Positions 1-10,715 of a stretch of DNA of 46,035 nucleotides are shown here, one piece after another. The stretch covers positions 130,629,389-130,675,423 of the forward strand of contig NC_068982.1 of NCBI RefSeq assembly GCF_001194135.2, given 5' to 3'. The notes beneath the pieces are model-generated. The model saw only the letters and a program-made list of their open reading frames with translations, searched no databases and was not told the origin of the DNA. The DNA is from Octopus bimaculoides (taxonomy: Eukaryota). The first letter of the stretch is position 1; each line of letters starts with the position of its first letter. The position numbers and the translations under genes are program-made.

Positions 1-58
1 AACTCTACATTTGTATTTTGTCCCCTCTGTGTTGAGCCCTGTGTGGCTAATAAAGAAA
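1..58 (+). mobile_element. 3' terminus of a Tx1/L1-like LINE related to the element ending at about 7625, followed directly by a (TATC)n tract
   Basis: GTCCCCTCTGTGTTGAGCCCTGTGTGGCTAATAAAGAAA aligns with GTCCCTCTCTATGTTCGCCTTTATAGACAATAAAGAAA at about 7586-7623, downstream of the Tx1-like ORF2; both end in AATAAA-GAAA. Confidence 0.45.
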
Positions 59-122
59 CCTATCTATCTATCTATCTATCTGTCTGTCTGTCTGTCTATC
101 TGTCTGTCTGTCCGTCCGTCCG

Positions 123-197
<75 letters not shown>

Positions 198-199
198 GC
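59..199. repeat. (TATC)n/(TGTC)n tetranucleotide microsatellite
   Basis: Directly visible; explains ORF-track entries 11..244 and 43..342. Confidence 0.97.
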
Positions 200-224
200 T
201 TGTCTGTCTCTTTCTATACATATA

Positions 225-1495
225 TTGGGTTGGCAAGAAAGTAATTTCCGTTTTCACAAATAGAGTTACGATTTTTTTGAATGACTTTTGTCAGTGTTAT
301 GATTTTTTTTTCCTTTTGACATTTGATAGCCGTCACTTTTAGCTTACTTTAGAAGCAAATTCTGCCTAATTTTGTTTACAACTGTTAGTTTAGTGTCAAT
401 TTTAACATGGAATGCAAAAATGAACATTTTTCGCCATATTTTCCTTTTCTATTTCCGTAAAGGCAAGAAAGCTGCTGAGGCTTACAAAGAGATATATAGA
501 GTTTATAGTGTCTATTGTTTCACAGAATGCACATGTCAGAAATGGTTTTAAAAATTCCGTTCTGGAGATTTTTCACTCAAAGATGACCAACAAGCTACTG
601 AAGTTGATGATAACTGAATCAAAGCCATGATTGAATCTGATTGTCATATACTGTGCGAGAGATTGCTTAGAGGTTAAATATATCGCACAAAACAATTGAA
701 AATCATTTAAAATGTCTTGGATTCGTTAAGAAGCTCGATATTTAGGTTCCACATAAATTGAAAGAGATTCACTTAACACAATGAATCAATATTTGCGCTA
801 TGAATCTCAAACGCAATGAAACTGACCTTTTGTTTTTGAAAGGAATCATCACTAGTGATGAAAAATGGATTGTTTACAATAACATCCATCGAAAACGATC
901 ATGGACTGTGCGTAACGAACCAGCACAAATCACATCGAAAGCTGAATTGCTTAAAAAAGATCATGCTGTCAATTTCGTGAGATTACAAAGGTGTTGTGCA
1001 TTTTGAGCTGCTTTCAAGGAACCAGACAATCAATTCAGATGTTTACTATCAACAACTAATGAAACTGGGGGAAGCAATCAAAGAAAAATGGCCAGAATGG
1101 GCAAATCGTAAGGGAATCGTGTTCCACCATGACAGCGCTAGACCACACACGTCTTTGCTAACTCGTGAAAAATTATTGGAGCTTGGTTGGGAAGTGATGT
1201 CACATCTACCATACAGTACTGATCTTACGCCATAAGATTTATTTCGAAGTTTGCAAAATCTTTGAACAGTAAAAATTTCAATAATCATGATGACCTGAAA
1301 TCGCACTTGCTTCTGTTTTTGGTTGATAAGAACCAGAAGGACCAGAAGTTCTATGAGTGCGGAATCATAAATATGCCAGAAAGATGGCAAAAGGTCATCG
1401 AACAAAACGGAAACTATATAATTGGCTAAAGTTCATTCTTTGAATGAAAAAATAATTGACTTTTACTTCACACTAAAAAGCGGAAATTACTTTCT
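225..1495 (+). mobile_element. Mariner DNA transposon (D,D34D; mellifera-like subfamily), near full length, decayed
   Basis: TA then left TIR TTGGGTTGGCAAGAAAGTAATTTCCGTTTT at 225-254. The right TIR AAAAAGCGGAAATTACTTTCT at 1475-1495 lacks its outer ~11 bp. Transposase motifs lie between them. Confidence 0.95.
407..1428 (+). pseudogene. Mariner transposase pseudogene
   Basis: MECKNEHFRHIFLFYFRKGKKAAEAYKEI...QKWF*KFRSGDFSLKD; VPHKL (WVPHEL motif); ITSDEKWIVYNN (D1); FHHDSARPH (D2); PYSTDLTP*D (YSPDLAPSD, D3). There are 34 residues between D2 and D3, with several stops and frameshifts. Confidence 0.93.
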
Positions 1496-1768
1496 ATATG
1501 AAAACTCACAGCTTATTTTGCTGGGTATCATGGAAAGTGTCAGCTGCCCACAACCAGCAGCCTAAGGTGGCACTTGTTTACTGGTTATGCTTCAACAACC
1601 TTGCGAAGAATTCTTGCAGTTCCAAGCAATAATGATTTTTGTAAGTGTTCTACCTTCACACGTGCACCAATCTTTTTCAGCAATGTTGCTAGTTGAGCGA
1701 TTATGCGAAGTTCTTGGTCAAGGAAGATAGTAGACGTGATGCTAATAGTAGTTGGTGCACTTGGAAGC
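1496..1768 (-). mobile_element. 3' end of an R4/Dong-like RLE non-LTR retrotransposon with an inverted 5' segment
   Basis: Minus strand 1693 to about 1585 reads LATLLKKIGARVKVEHLQKSLLLGTARILRKVVEA*, then a 3' UTR. Plus strand 1715-1768 reads WSRKIVDVMLIVVGALGS, the segment that normally precedes it (PIVVGALG motif). Confidence 0.85.
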
Positions 1769-1910
1769 GAGGGTGTGTGCGTGTGTACTGAAACACAACT
1801 GCAAAAACAAAATCAAGAAAATGTTCATAGCACAAATAAATTATAATTTATACCATGATCATTGTGTTGCATCTATGCTTCAATTTTTTGTGGGGATGCT
1901 TTCTTCTCAG

Positions 1911-2036
1911 AATATCGACATCAGATAAGAAAGCATCGCTCTTTGATTACAAACAAAGAATTTCAGCAAAAATCGTTGAAGCATATTCATATGGCGGTTG
2001 AATTCAAATTACTAAATGAACATAGAAATATTCAAG
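1911..2036 (+). CDS. Candidate internal exon (126 nt, phase 1-1) of an unidentified host gene
   Basis: Acceptor ttcttctcag|, donor CAAG|GTTTGT, open frame EYRHQIRKHRSLITNKEFQQKSLKHIHMAVEFKLLNEHRNIQ. No family recognised. Confidence 0.3.
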
Positions 2037-2725
2037 GTTTGTAACCTTTGCAATTAAATTTTACATTTTATTTTGTATTATAATATACGCAGTGTAGTTT
2101 AGCACATGTAATATTTTGTTTTCAAATGTTGTTAAATCACTGTTTATGGTACAATATAAATCTTCTCTAAAATAAAGAAAATGCCCGATGTTAGTAAGGA
2201 AGTTATAACTTTTCAACATTGGGGGATAAAATCATTTAACTTTTAGGATGCATCTAAGACGTTCTCATTTCACAAGTAATCCCAAGTGACATTTCGAAAA
2301 CATCTTCCAACTTATAATTATGTCGGTTGAGTAGTCTATTAAGGAGGTAAATGTTTCTGCCAATGATACTGTCCTTAATTAAGTCTAAATCGGATTCCAG
2401 TAACTGTAGATGTAGAACTGTCGCTCTTATTATCGCGGATAACATTATGGTAATACCGAGAGCAGTGATTAACGAACATGTGTAAATGTAAGTACCAAAA
2501 TGCCAGTCGTATATACTAATTGCTCGGCATTTAAATGTATGAAATAGTTCTCTCGAATACTGAGATATCTTACAGCTCCAAACCAACATGATATATTGAA
2601 CGAGAATATACGTAATCATCACCGTTTACATTATTTTTGCTAAGAGCATTTAAAATTTTATCTACAGTAAGTAATTATCTATAACATGTATGTGGCATGT
2701 ATATGATTGTGTATGTGTGTATATA

Positions 2726-2899
2726 CGAGGTGCTTTATACTTTATTACGTTTTTCTCTAAGACCAGCGACAGAGTAAATTAGCTCACTAGAAATTATTTG
2801 AAATTTGTCATAAAATGTGTTTTATGGCTAATGTATTCCTTTTACATGTTTGACATAGTGTTCTCCTCTTTGGTGAAGTAGCGACATCAGGCCACCCTG
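2726..2899. mobile_element. Possible Tc1/mariner-type MITE remnant
   Basis: Right end GGCCACCCTG (reverse complement CAGGGTGGCC, a Tc1-like terminus) and a degenerate left end TA|CGAGGTG; poor TIR match. Confidence 0.25.
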
Positions 2900-3439
2900 T
2901 TTAATACCTCCACATAATCCTTAAGTACTTTTAACAGATTTTGTTGTAGGCATTTGAACCAGGCTCATAGTGGAGAATTATCGTGATCGTGAGTTCACAG
3001 CGCACCGATGCTTTCTACAAAACATCACACTAAAGATTCGACGTCTTCACAATTCATGGACTCCGACTTAACATAGGCGCACACATATAACATCTTATTA
3101 ATTCACAAATTCTATTCCTCTCCGAAAAAAAAAGTATCTCTAATCTATATCCCATATTTTCTACCTAGACTGTATTTTATACTCAAACTTCATCATGAAT
3201 GGTATTATCTGTGCACAAGTAGATTCTACTCTTTCAGTCTTTCACTTCACTCACCTCAGCCACTTATCGTATAGGACTTATAGTTACTCTGCTAAAAATT
3301 TCCCCTCTTCCATTTTTTTAAATACAACTTCTTCTTCTACAGTTTTCTGAACACCTCCAACGATAAACAACCTTTCAACAATATTTTATTGTATTGAAGA
3401 CACGCTTCACCTCACCCATTGACGTTATTGTCTTCAGTA

Positions 3440-4388
3440 TGTAGCGTACTTCTCTCTCTCTCTCTCTCCCTGCTATATATACATAAATACGGACGTAGCC
3501 TTCGGCAGCACTTTTGGACCCTGTTGTGTCCACCACTCTGATTGAATGATATTGGCGCATTTTGTCTCCTGTTCTATTGCGTGCCAATATGCAACCCAAC
3601 CAATCACAGCCTTCAGATAAGGTCACGTGGGACAGTCTTTTCTGAACCCCAGTTTGAGCCGATAGTGTGGTATAATTAGCTAGCTTTTCACCGTCACAGT
3701 TTGTCAGTCTTCTCGGCTTCAGACCTTCTGAAGTCTAGCCGCTGACCACAGAACACACAACCAGTTCCAGCGACGACAACAGCAGCTTCATGGTGACTCA
3801 ACACTCAACCAACAGCTTACTGCAAACTCCATCTTCGTCGCCAATATCATCTTCTTAACTATACCAACTTCTCTACGTACACACCACCAACGGCACTCGC
3901 ACAGGTTCTCTCAACACTGTTTGTTAATTACCTCACCATGGTTAACAGCGAATACAATCTGCGAGAACTCCTGTACCAAGTAACCGGCAGCAGCATTGAA
4001 GCCTCAACTTCTTACACGACACGTGCCTCTCCTCGGCTCTGCATTGCCGCCACAACTTCTTGTTACAGCACTTCAACTTTCTTCTAACGTCCTTATAGAC
4101 TCTTATCTATGTTCTGTATTTCTCGCACACACATACATATATGTTTGTACACATACACACTTAACATACATGACGGCCTGTCTATTATTGTGTTATATGT
4201 CGCACACACAGACACACATATTGACATAGCAATAAAATCTTCTCTTAAACCTTCTACCTGTTGTGTCTCTCTTTTCCTCTTGGCACTTATACTCATTTAT
4301 CCGCTTTTCGTATTTTTATTTGTATCGACCGTGCGATTTGCTAAAGGAGCCATTCCTCGCCACTTCTCCTGGTCGCAAGGTCGCTACA
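3440..4388 (+). mobile_element. Solo LTR (949 bp), probably Ty3/Gypsy-type
   Basis: Starts TGTAGCG and ends CGCTACA (7-bp terminal inverted repeat, TG...CA). Identical 4-bp TSD AGTA at 3436-3439 and 4389-4392. Internal CCAAT box (AACCAATCACAG), E-box GTCACGTG and AATAAA at about 4231 set the orientation. Confidence 0.88.
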
Positions 4389-4865
4389 AGTAACTTCAAT
4401 GCTCTCAACTCGCTTTGACTGTCGATCCATCTCGTGCTAATGCCACTGGTATAGACAGAAACGAATATTTCGCACTCTTCAACTAACTGTATTAGTTATC
4501 AAGATGAGTAAAAAGTAAGCATTGGTTTGAACCATGAGGAATTTGTACCGGATTTTTGCAGAGTTTTCAATTTGTTTTAGACATTTTTTTTTTTGCAATT
4601 ATCTGGTAATCCAGACATAAACTTGTCTAAATGCATCAATAAATTAACATTGATATTTTCTTCAACGTTGTTGCAATCTTCTGTTTTTTCTGGATATTGA
4701 ATAACGTTTAGAGATCTGTAGGTGAGTTTAATTTATTGTTACCTGTTGCAGGATTCATTGTTGTTGTTTTACTGTTGTAGCCGTTGGATAGTTGATTAAC
4801 GGCTTGTAATATTGTTATTGTTACCCTCCCCCACGGGGGAAGGATTTGTATAAGCTGTAATTTGT

Positions 4866-4932
4866 TTACCTCGCTGTAGAGGATTAATTACCTCGTTGTA
4901 GAGGATTAATTTACCTCGTTGTAGAGGATTAA
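4866..4932 (+). repeat. Three tandem copies of TTACCTCG(T/C)TGTAGAGGATTAA(T) in the LINE 5' UTR
   Basis: Directly visible; a degenerate fourth copy lies at about 4739-4760. Confidence 0.9.
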
Positions 4933-4946
4933 TTTTGAGTGCCATT

Positions 4947-6065
4947 ATGGTGTCAACTGCGGAAGCAGTAACTATGAACTACGCCGCTGCTGTTGGTCAA
5001 CAACAGGAAATCATCACTGTAAAAAAGGCGGAAATACAACTGTTGTTTGGCAAAATAACAGAAAGTAACGGGGAAAGTACATCCCCACCACCTGAAATAA
5101 GTACCTGCAGAAGTAATTTACAAAACTTTCTGTTTGAAAAATAAGACGGTGATATGATTTGAGGAGGAAGACATAGAAGAGTGCCTCGGGTCAGTAATGA
5201 AGGATATTGTCTTCCTGATTCGAGATAATAAGTACACAACGGTCGAAGCAAGGTTCGAGTCGGCTGAAAAGGCTAAGGAGTATTCCACTCAGACCCTGCA
5301 GAACGACAAAATGGCATTGCTGCCATTATATCCGGGACGCAGGACGTCCTGGGTAAAAATCATAAATATCCCTCCTGATGTAGAGGTAGCATGGGTTATT
5401 GCCATGCTCCTCTTCAATAGGGAAGAAAAACTGGAGGTTATCCAAGTTAAAAGATGTGTCTCCCAGAATTGGAAGGGACAATCTTTGGAAATCCTGGTAC
5501 AAGCTTCGCCTAGAGATTTGGAAGAGCTCCCAGATAGGTTACTAATAGCGGAGAAGTCAGACCTAATCATCAATGTGGAAGGGAGAAAGGCTCGGTGCTT
5601 CTGGTGCGGAAGGAAGGGACACCAGAGGTTCGAGTGTGGGCCTCCCAAGAAAAAGGCGAAGGAAGCGGCAAAAGTGGTAGCTCCGGCCAAGGAGGCCATT
5701 ATCCAAAAGCCTACCACCAGTAATAACAAAGAGGAAATAAACAATGAGTAGGTGTTATCCCCGGCCAAGGAAGCCATTACCCAGAGGGCTACCACCAGTA
5801 AAAAAGTAACCAGTGAGGAAGAGGTGGTAGCCCCGGTTAAGGAGGCCATTAACCAGGAGGCTACCACCAGCAATGAAGGGGTGGCGGCTCAAGAAGAAGA
5901 ACACAAAATGGAGTTCCAGGTGGTCTCACGAAAAAGACCAAAAGCAGTAACACCAGAGAAAGCTAAACTCTTCCCAAAAAGGGAAAAGAAAGTCCCAGAG
6001 GTGGCCAGAAAGGCAACAGCTGAAAAATTAATCGAAAGTAAAGGAACAACAGAAGAGGTGGTAGA
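4947..6065 (+). pseudogene. LINE ORF1 (gag-like nucleic-acid-binding protein) pseudogene
   Basis: MVSTAEAVTMNYAAAV; frameshift near 5140; zinc knuckle CFWCGRKGHQRFEC; premature TAG at 5749-5751; three repeats of V(V/L)(A/S)P(A/V)KEAI.Q..TTS. Confidence 0.8.
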
Positions 6066-7363
6066 AGACGCTATAAAAAAATACGAGACGGTGGCAGGTG
6101 CGAAAATGAACCAGGAAAAATCAGTTGGTTTGCAACTCGGCACCTGGAGAGGCAAGCCAACTCCTCCCAACAGCATTTTGGGTCGCTGGACGGAGGGTCC
6201 TGTTAAATTGCTCGGGTCTGGTTCGGTCCAGACCTCCAGATAGAGAAAAATTGGAGTGAGATCACAGGCAAGGTGACTGCCCTAACCCATACCTGGTCTG
6301 GAAGGACGTTATCCTTGCTAGGGAGAGCGGAGGTTGCGCAGGTGTTTATTGCATCTGTGATAACCTACCGCCTGACCGTCGTGCCGTGCCCCAATTTGTG
6401 GCTGAACAAGTTGGAACGGCTTCTATTCCGCTTTTGTGGAGTGGGAGACCACCACTTGTGAGGCGCTCTATCTGCTGCCAAAAACCGTTAAAGGGTGGGT
6501 TGGGGATGCCTTGGCTGATGGTGCGCAAATATGCGTTGAGGTTGGGACATCTCTGGCTTTACCTGGATGATGAACGGGTGTGGTTTCAGTACGTTAAGTT
6601 CTTTCCGCAGTTGGAGTCTCTGCGGGACTTGGGTCCATGGATAACGCGGAGACCTAGAATGGGTGATTGGTACAAGGAGTGCAGACAGGCACTTACGCTG
6701 TTCTCTCGGGCGAGCAATACCGGCAACTAGGCTACCACTGCGGATTTCTATAGCGAGTTAGTAATGGTTGAGTCTGATGACATCCTAGGAGAAACTCTAG
6801 GCTACGATGGAGACCAATTAGCTAGTGTCTTCGGTAGAACATTCGGGCCGGGGTACCTGGATAATTTCCAGAAATCCCTGGCTTGGTTGATCTATCGAGG
6901 GGCTTTACCAGTTCGAGAGAGTCAGTCACGGCATGGTTTTGACGTCCCTCCTACATGCCCGAGCTGCATGTGGGACAGTGAAACTGTTCCACAGGCCTTT
7001 GTGCATTGTGAGGAATTAAAGGGGCTGATTGCCTATGTCGAACGGCTGATGTCGGAAACAAAAAGAGTTCAGCTGTCGGCTGAGTCTGTCATAAAGTTTA
7101 TACCACCTTCTTCCTTTAACAAGAAACGTAAGGTAAGTTTCTTCTGTGTAGTGGCCATACTGAAAGACACAGTATGGACGACGCGTAGAAGAGGAATTGA
7201 GACAGGTAACTTCCTCTTCGCACGCGGGTTGTTTAGTTTTTTTAACTATCACCTGGGGAGTAAGATCCGTCTGGAGATGAAGTTCCTGTCTCAAGGTATG
7301 TTTCGGAATAGATGGACGCCTGTAGTAAGAATGATGCGAGCGGAAGGTGTCGAGCTGGTATAG
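6066..7363 (+). pseudogene. LINE ORF2 C-terminal remnant (end of RT, post-RT region, RT-associated zinc finger)
   Basis: AIKKYETVAGAKMNQEKSVGLQLGTWRG; VKLLG(V)WFGPDLQIEKNWSEITGKV; KLERLLFRF/LWSGRPPLVRRSICCQKPLKGGLGMPWL; FQKSLAWLIYRGALPV...CPSC. Multiple frameshifts. Confidence 0.85.
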
Positions 7364-7974
7364 CCGGGTCTGGAGGAAGAAAAAAAAAAAAAGCAAGGAA
7401 AAAAAAAAGAGAGAAAGCAACCGGCGGGTTGATTAGAACCCCACATCGATTTTTTTCAATTTCGTAATTTTTATATATTCAATCGATTCTCCGATTTTTC
7501 TTGATTTTTCGATTTTTCATATTTATTTAAATTTTTAATCATGATTTAATTATAACAAACGTTATGTGTTGTGGTGTCCATGTTCGTCCCTCTCTATGTT
7601 CGCCTTTATAGACAATAAAGAAATTGTTACAATCACCTGAAATTGATCGGTTGGTTTGGATGTCTTTTTGTTGAAAGTATTGTTGGAAGTATTACAGTTT
7701 TATTGAACTTTTATTGTGTTTGTTTCGAAACACTTTATTTTACTGCCTTTTGGCAGATTTGTTAACAGTTTCCTTATTGGGGAACATTTTCCCCTTTTTG
7801 AATATTTTTTCTCATCATGTTGAGCATAATTTCATCAGATGTATCTTCAGCGGACGAAGATTTGAACCAACAAGTTCAGAAGTTGAACAGAAAATTGTTG
7901 AAAGACACAAAAGAAATGAAAATTACAGGTGGAAAACGAAAAGTAAACAACTTTGTATTGTCAGATGTAAGTTA

Positions 7975-8153
7975 TGTGCAGTGGGACGAGAAGGAATTAA
8001 CGCTGTCGGATGGGCCCGTAAGGTAGAGACCCAACGTAGCAATTATACCACAATAAGGTCTTTGACAAACCATCAGGAGCGTTTGGTAACCGAACTAGAG
8101 GAAATGTGTAAGGCTTTTCAGGAGCATTTCGCCCAGCTTTTCGAGAGAATATA
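7975..8153 (+). mobile_element. Isolated fragment of the Tx1/L1-type ORF2 endonuclease-RT linker
   Basis: REGINAVGWARKVETQRSNYTTIRSLTNHQERLVTELEEMCKAFQEHFAQLF resembles the L1/Tx1 linker pattern (TI.SL...G..V.E...M...F..HF..LF). Confidence 0.6.
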
Positions 8154-8831
8154 ATCATGCCATATTTCAGCTTCACATACTTTTAAGCAGACTCCCTCAT
8201 CATACACCCGAAATGCAAACACACATCTTTCACACACATAACACTTGCTACCATACAATGCATCCTCACTAATTGACAGGCAAGGTACTCACTTCATATT
8301 CAATCTTCGTATAATCTTAACCGACTTTCTATCGTATATTGTCATCACATACTCTATATACACTTTCATCAAATACTCTCAAATATACGTAATCATCATA
8401 TACCACATTAAATACTCTAAATAAAATCACATACCCTAACATTACTAAGAGTTCTCAGTTCACGTACTCGTCTAATAACGTTCACGCTTCACTCACAGTT
8501 TGACGTACTCACGAACTGAAGGTCTTAGACATGTTCTCTATCCTTAATGAAGGAGTGCGTGTGAATGTTTTCTTGACGGTATTGTAAAGTGTTTCCGCTC
8601 ATCAAATTTCACTTCAGTAACATACAATCGAGGTCAAGACCACTATACTAAATTAGCCGACTATAAATAAAAATATTCATCTGACATTATACTGACATTA
8701 CGAGAGGACAGACTAAATAGCACGACATGTTACCGGCTACTAAATATTGTTCTTTACTCACATTGGCATATTAAACAAATCTAATTATATATTTTTCAAA
8801 TTTGTTTCATTTTCGTTATAGTCAAATACGC

Positions 8832-8862
8832 ATGTGTGTGTATGTGTGTGTGTGAGTGTGTA

Positions 8863-8907
<45 letters not shown>

Positions 8908-8924
8908 GTGTATAGATAGATAGC

Positions 8925-8967
<43 letters not shown>
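8832..8967. repeat. Compound (GT)n + (TAGA)n microsatellite
   Basis: Directly visible. Confidence 0.97.
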
Positions 8968-8968
<1 letters not shown>

Positions 8969-9089
8969 CCAGAACTTCCATCAATTATGTTTTGATAAAA
9001 AGTGGATGCATTTTGCAGTGTCCGTTGCAGTCACTTGATAGCGACTATGACTTGATAGATATTTATTTTAGATGCCTATGTAGCAGATA

Positions 9090-9325
9090 CAGACGCCATT
9101 TCTAGACCCTTGCCTTTAACCCAGCAACACGTCGTTGATGTGAAAGGTAGAGAGAGAAAGGGCTGTATCTGTTTTAGGCTGGTACTCATTTTCAGTTGAG
9201 TAGATTGATGCAGCGTGAAGCACAACGCTTTGCTCAAAGAGACTACTCTCGACCAAGCCAGGAATCGAGTCCACAAACTTATAATCATGCACTCAACATG
9301 CTCTACTACTTTTTCCAATGTTCTG
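9090..9325 (-). mobile_element. tRNA-derived SINE, decayed
   Basis: Minus strand has a tRNA-like head with B-box-like GACTCGATTCC, then TTTGAGCAAAGC...ACTCAACTGAAAATGAGTACC, a body I recall from cephalopod SINEs. Confidence 0.6.
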
Positions 9326-10715
9326 AAATATTTATGAAGATTATAAATCATTGCAGCAAAAAAAAAAAAATTTATTGTTATCTCTTTGCTTGATATTAAA
9401 CTGCTGGGAGTATCAATTGTTACATGATATTCGATGAGGCTTACTTGTTTTGATTGCAATTTGCATAAATAAATGGTCAAAACAACAAATCAATTGTTAA
9501 AGAATATTTATTGATAGAAACAATGCAATTCTAAATATTATGCAGTATGTTGCTGTTCCGCTCCATCTCAAATCACTTAATTATCATGTATAATGTTATA
9601 TATAGTATATTTAAATTATTTTATGTGCTAAACCATACAACATATATCAGTTTTATTCGTAACTGACGTACAGGGAGAATAAAACGAATGATATCATATC
9701 AATCTATGAATACGTGAATGTCATATATAAAATAATAAAAAGTGATTTGTTAGTTGTTTTTTTTTCCTAATAAATACTCATTTTTAAAATTAGTTTTCGT
9801 GTTAATTTTACATGTTCTGAAATGAAATTCTTTATTATAATCAAATTAATAATCCACGTTTTTGGCGTGGTTATTTTATACTTCCATAAACCATTTAATT
9901 AACGCTAAATCATTGTTTTGAAGAAATCCGATAAATATAATTATTAGAAAAATTATATAGATATGAGGAGGAAGATCATTTGATTTAATGTGTGATAGAT
10001 TTTTTTAAACGTTTCACCAAAATAGAATCTTCCCAAAAAGGAATCTTTTCTCCTATTTTTTAAATAAAGTTTAGGTGAAGTCTTGGAAATCAGGTCATAG
10101 TTTAGTTTGTCTAGTAATAGAAAACTTCTTGAATTATGATAACATTTGTCGCTCATGATATCTGTTGACTTTACTGTCATTAATATTCTATCTGAACAGC
10201 ACACTTGTGTTTATTTAATGAGTCGTAGCACTAAACACCTCGTTATAGATGTATTTCCCAGGTGTACTCGTTGTTCAGGGGGTATAAGTTACCATAACGG
10301 AACACGCAATCACACATGATATCTGGTCGCTGTGAACATGATTATTTTACATACATACAGATGCGTATTTCCTGAAACAAACCATTATAGTCGTTGATAG
10401 GTGAGTGCATGCGTGTTCAGATAATGAAATTTAAAACTATATCTCTGCAAAGCAGACATCAGTAAATTTGCTGTTTTTACTTTGTAAAATAATGCTTACG
10501 ACTTAAATTTACTTGATTATGAGTTAAACAGGAATAAAAAACACAATCTAATTTAGATACAACATCTACAGCTTCAGTATGTATGTTAGACATGTGTAGT
10601 GAGACAATAAAAACAAATACTGTTGGAAAAGCCAAACGAAACAGAATAATGTTAGATCAGTCATTTGATAAATAACAGGAATATCTAAACTATTACTAAT
10701 GCTATTTCTATCTAG

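Larger units (their letters stand above)
4739..7625 (+). mobile_element. Tx1/L1-clade LINE with a large internal deletion (APE endonuclease and most of RT missing)
   Basis: 5' UTR with tandem 21-22-mers; gag-like ORF1 with CX2CX4HX4C; late-RT motif YETVAGAKMNQEKS; post-RT WSGRTLSLLGRAEV...GGLGMP; C-terminal zinc motif CPSC...ETVPQAFVHC; A-rich 3' UTR ending AATAAAGAAA. Boundaries approximate. Confidence 0.88.

Noticed and set aside
1049-1405. 118-aa minus-strand ORF; likewise 5289..5873, 5889..6176, 7016..7420, 19109..19351, 23063..23269, 23282..23524 and 23714..23980
   Set aside because: Antisense shadows of the transposon coding regions identified on the opposite strand.
2576-2666. Exon-like segment LQNQHDILNENIRNHHRLHYFC*EHLKFYL with a GTAAGT donor
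   Set aside because: It has an in-frame stop and no open alternative frame across the segment.
3030-3435. C-rich stretch resembling the start of the Penelope element at 45727
   Set aside because: No recognisable peptide motif could be recovered; only composition and a 9-bp motif are shared.
7817-7966. Exon-like segment ending CAGAT|GTAAGT
   Set aside because: Two frames are open, the acceptor is ambiguous, and it sits between LINE pieces, so it cannot be separated from TE-derived sequence.
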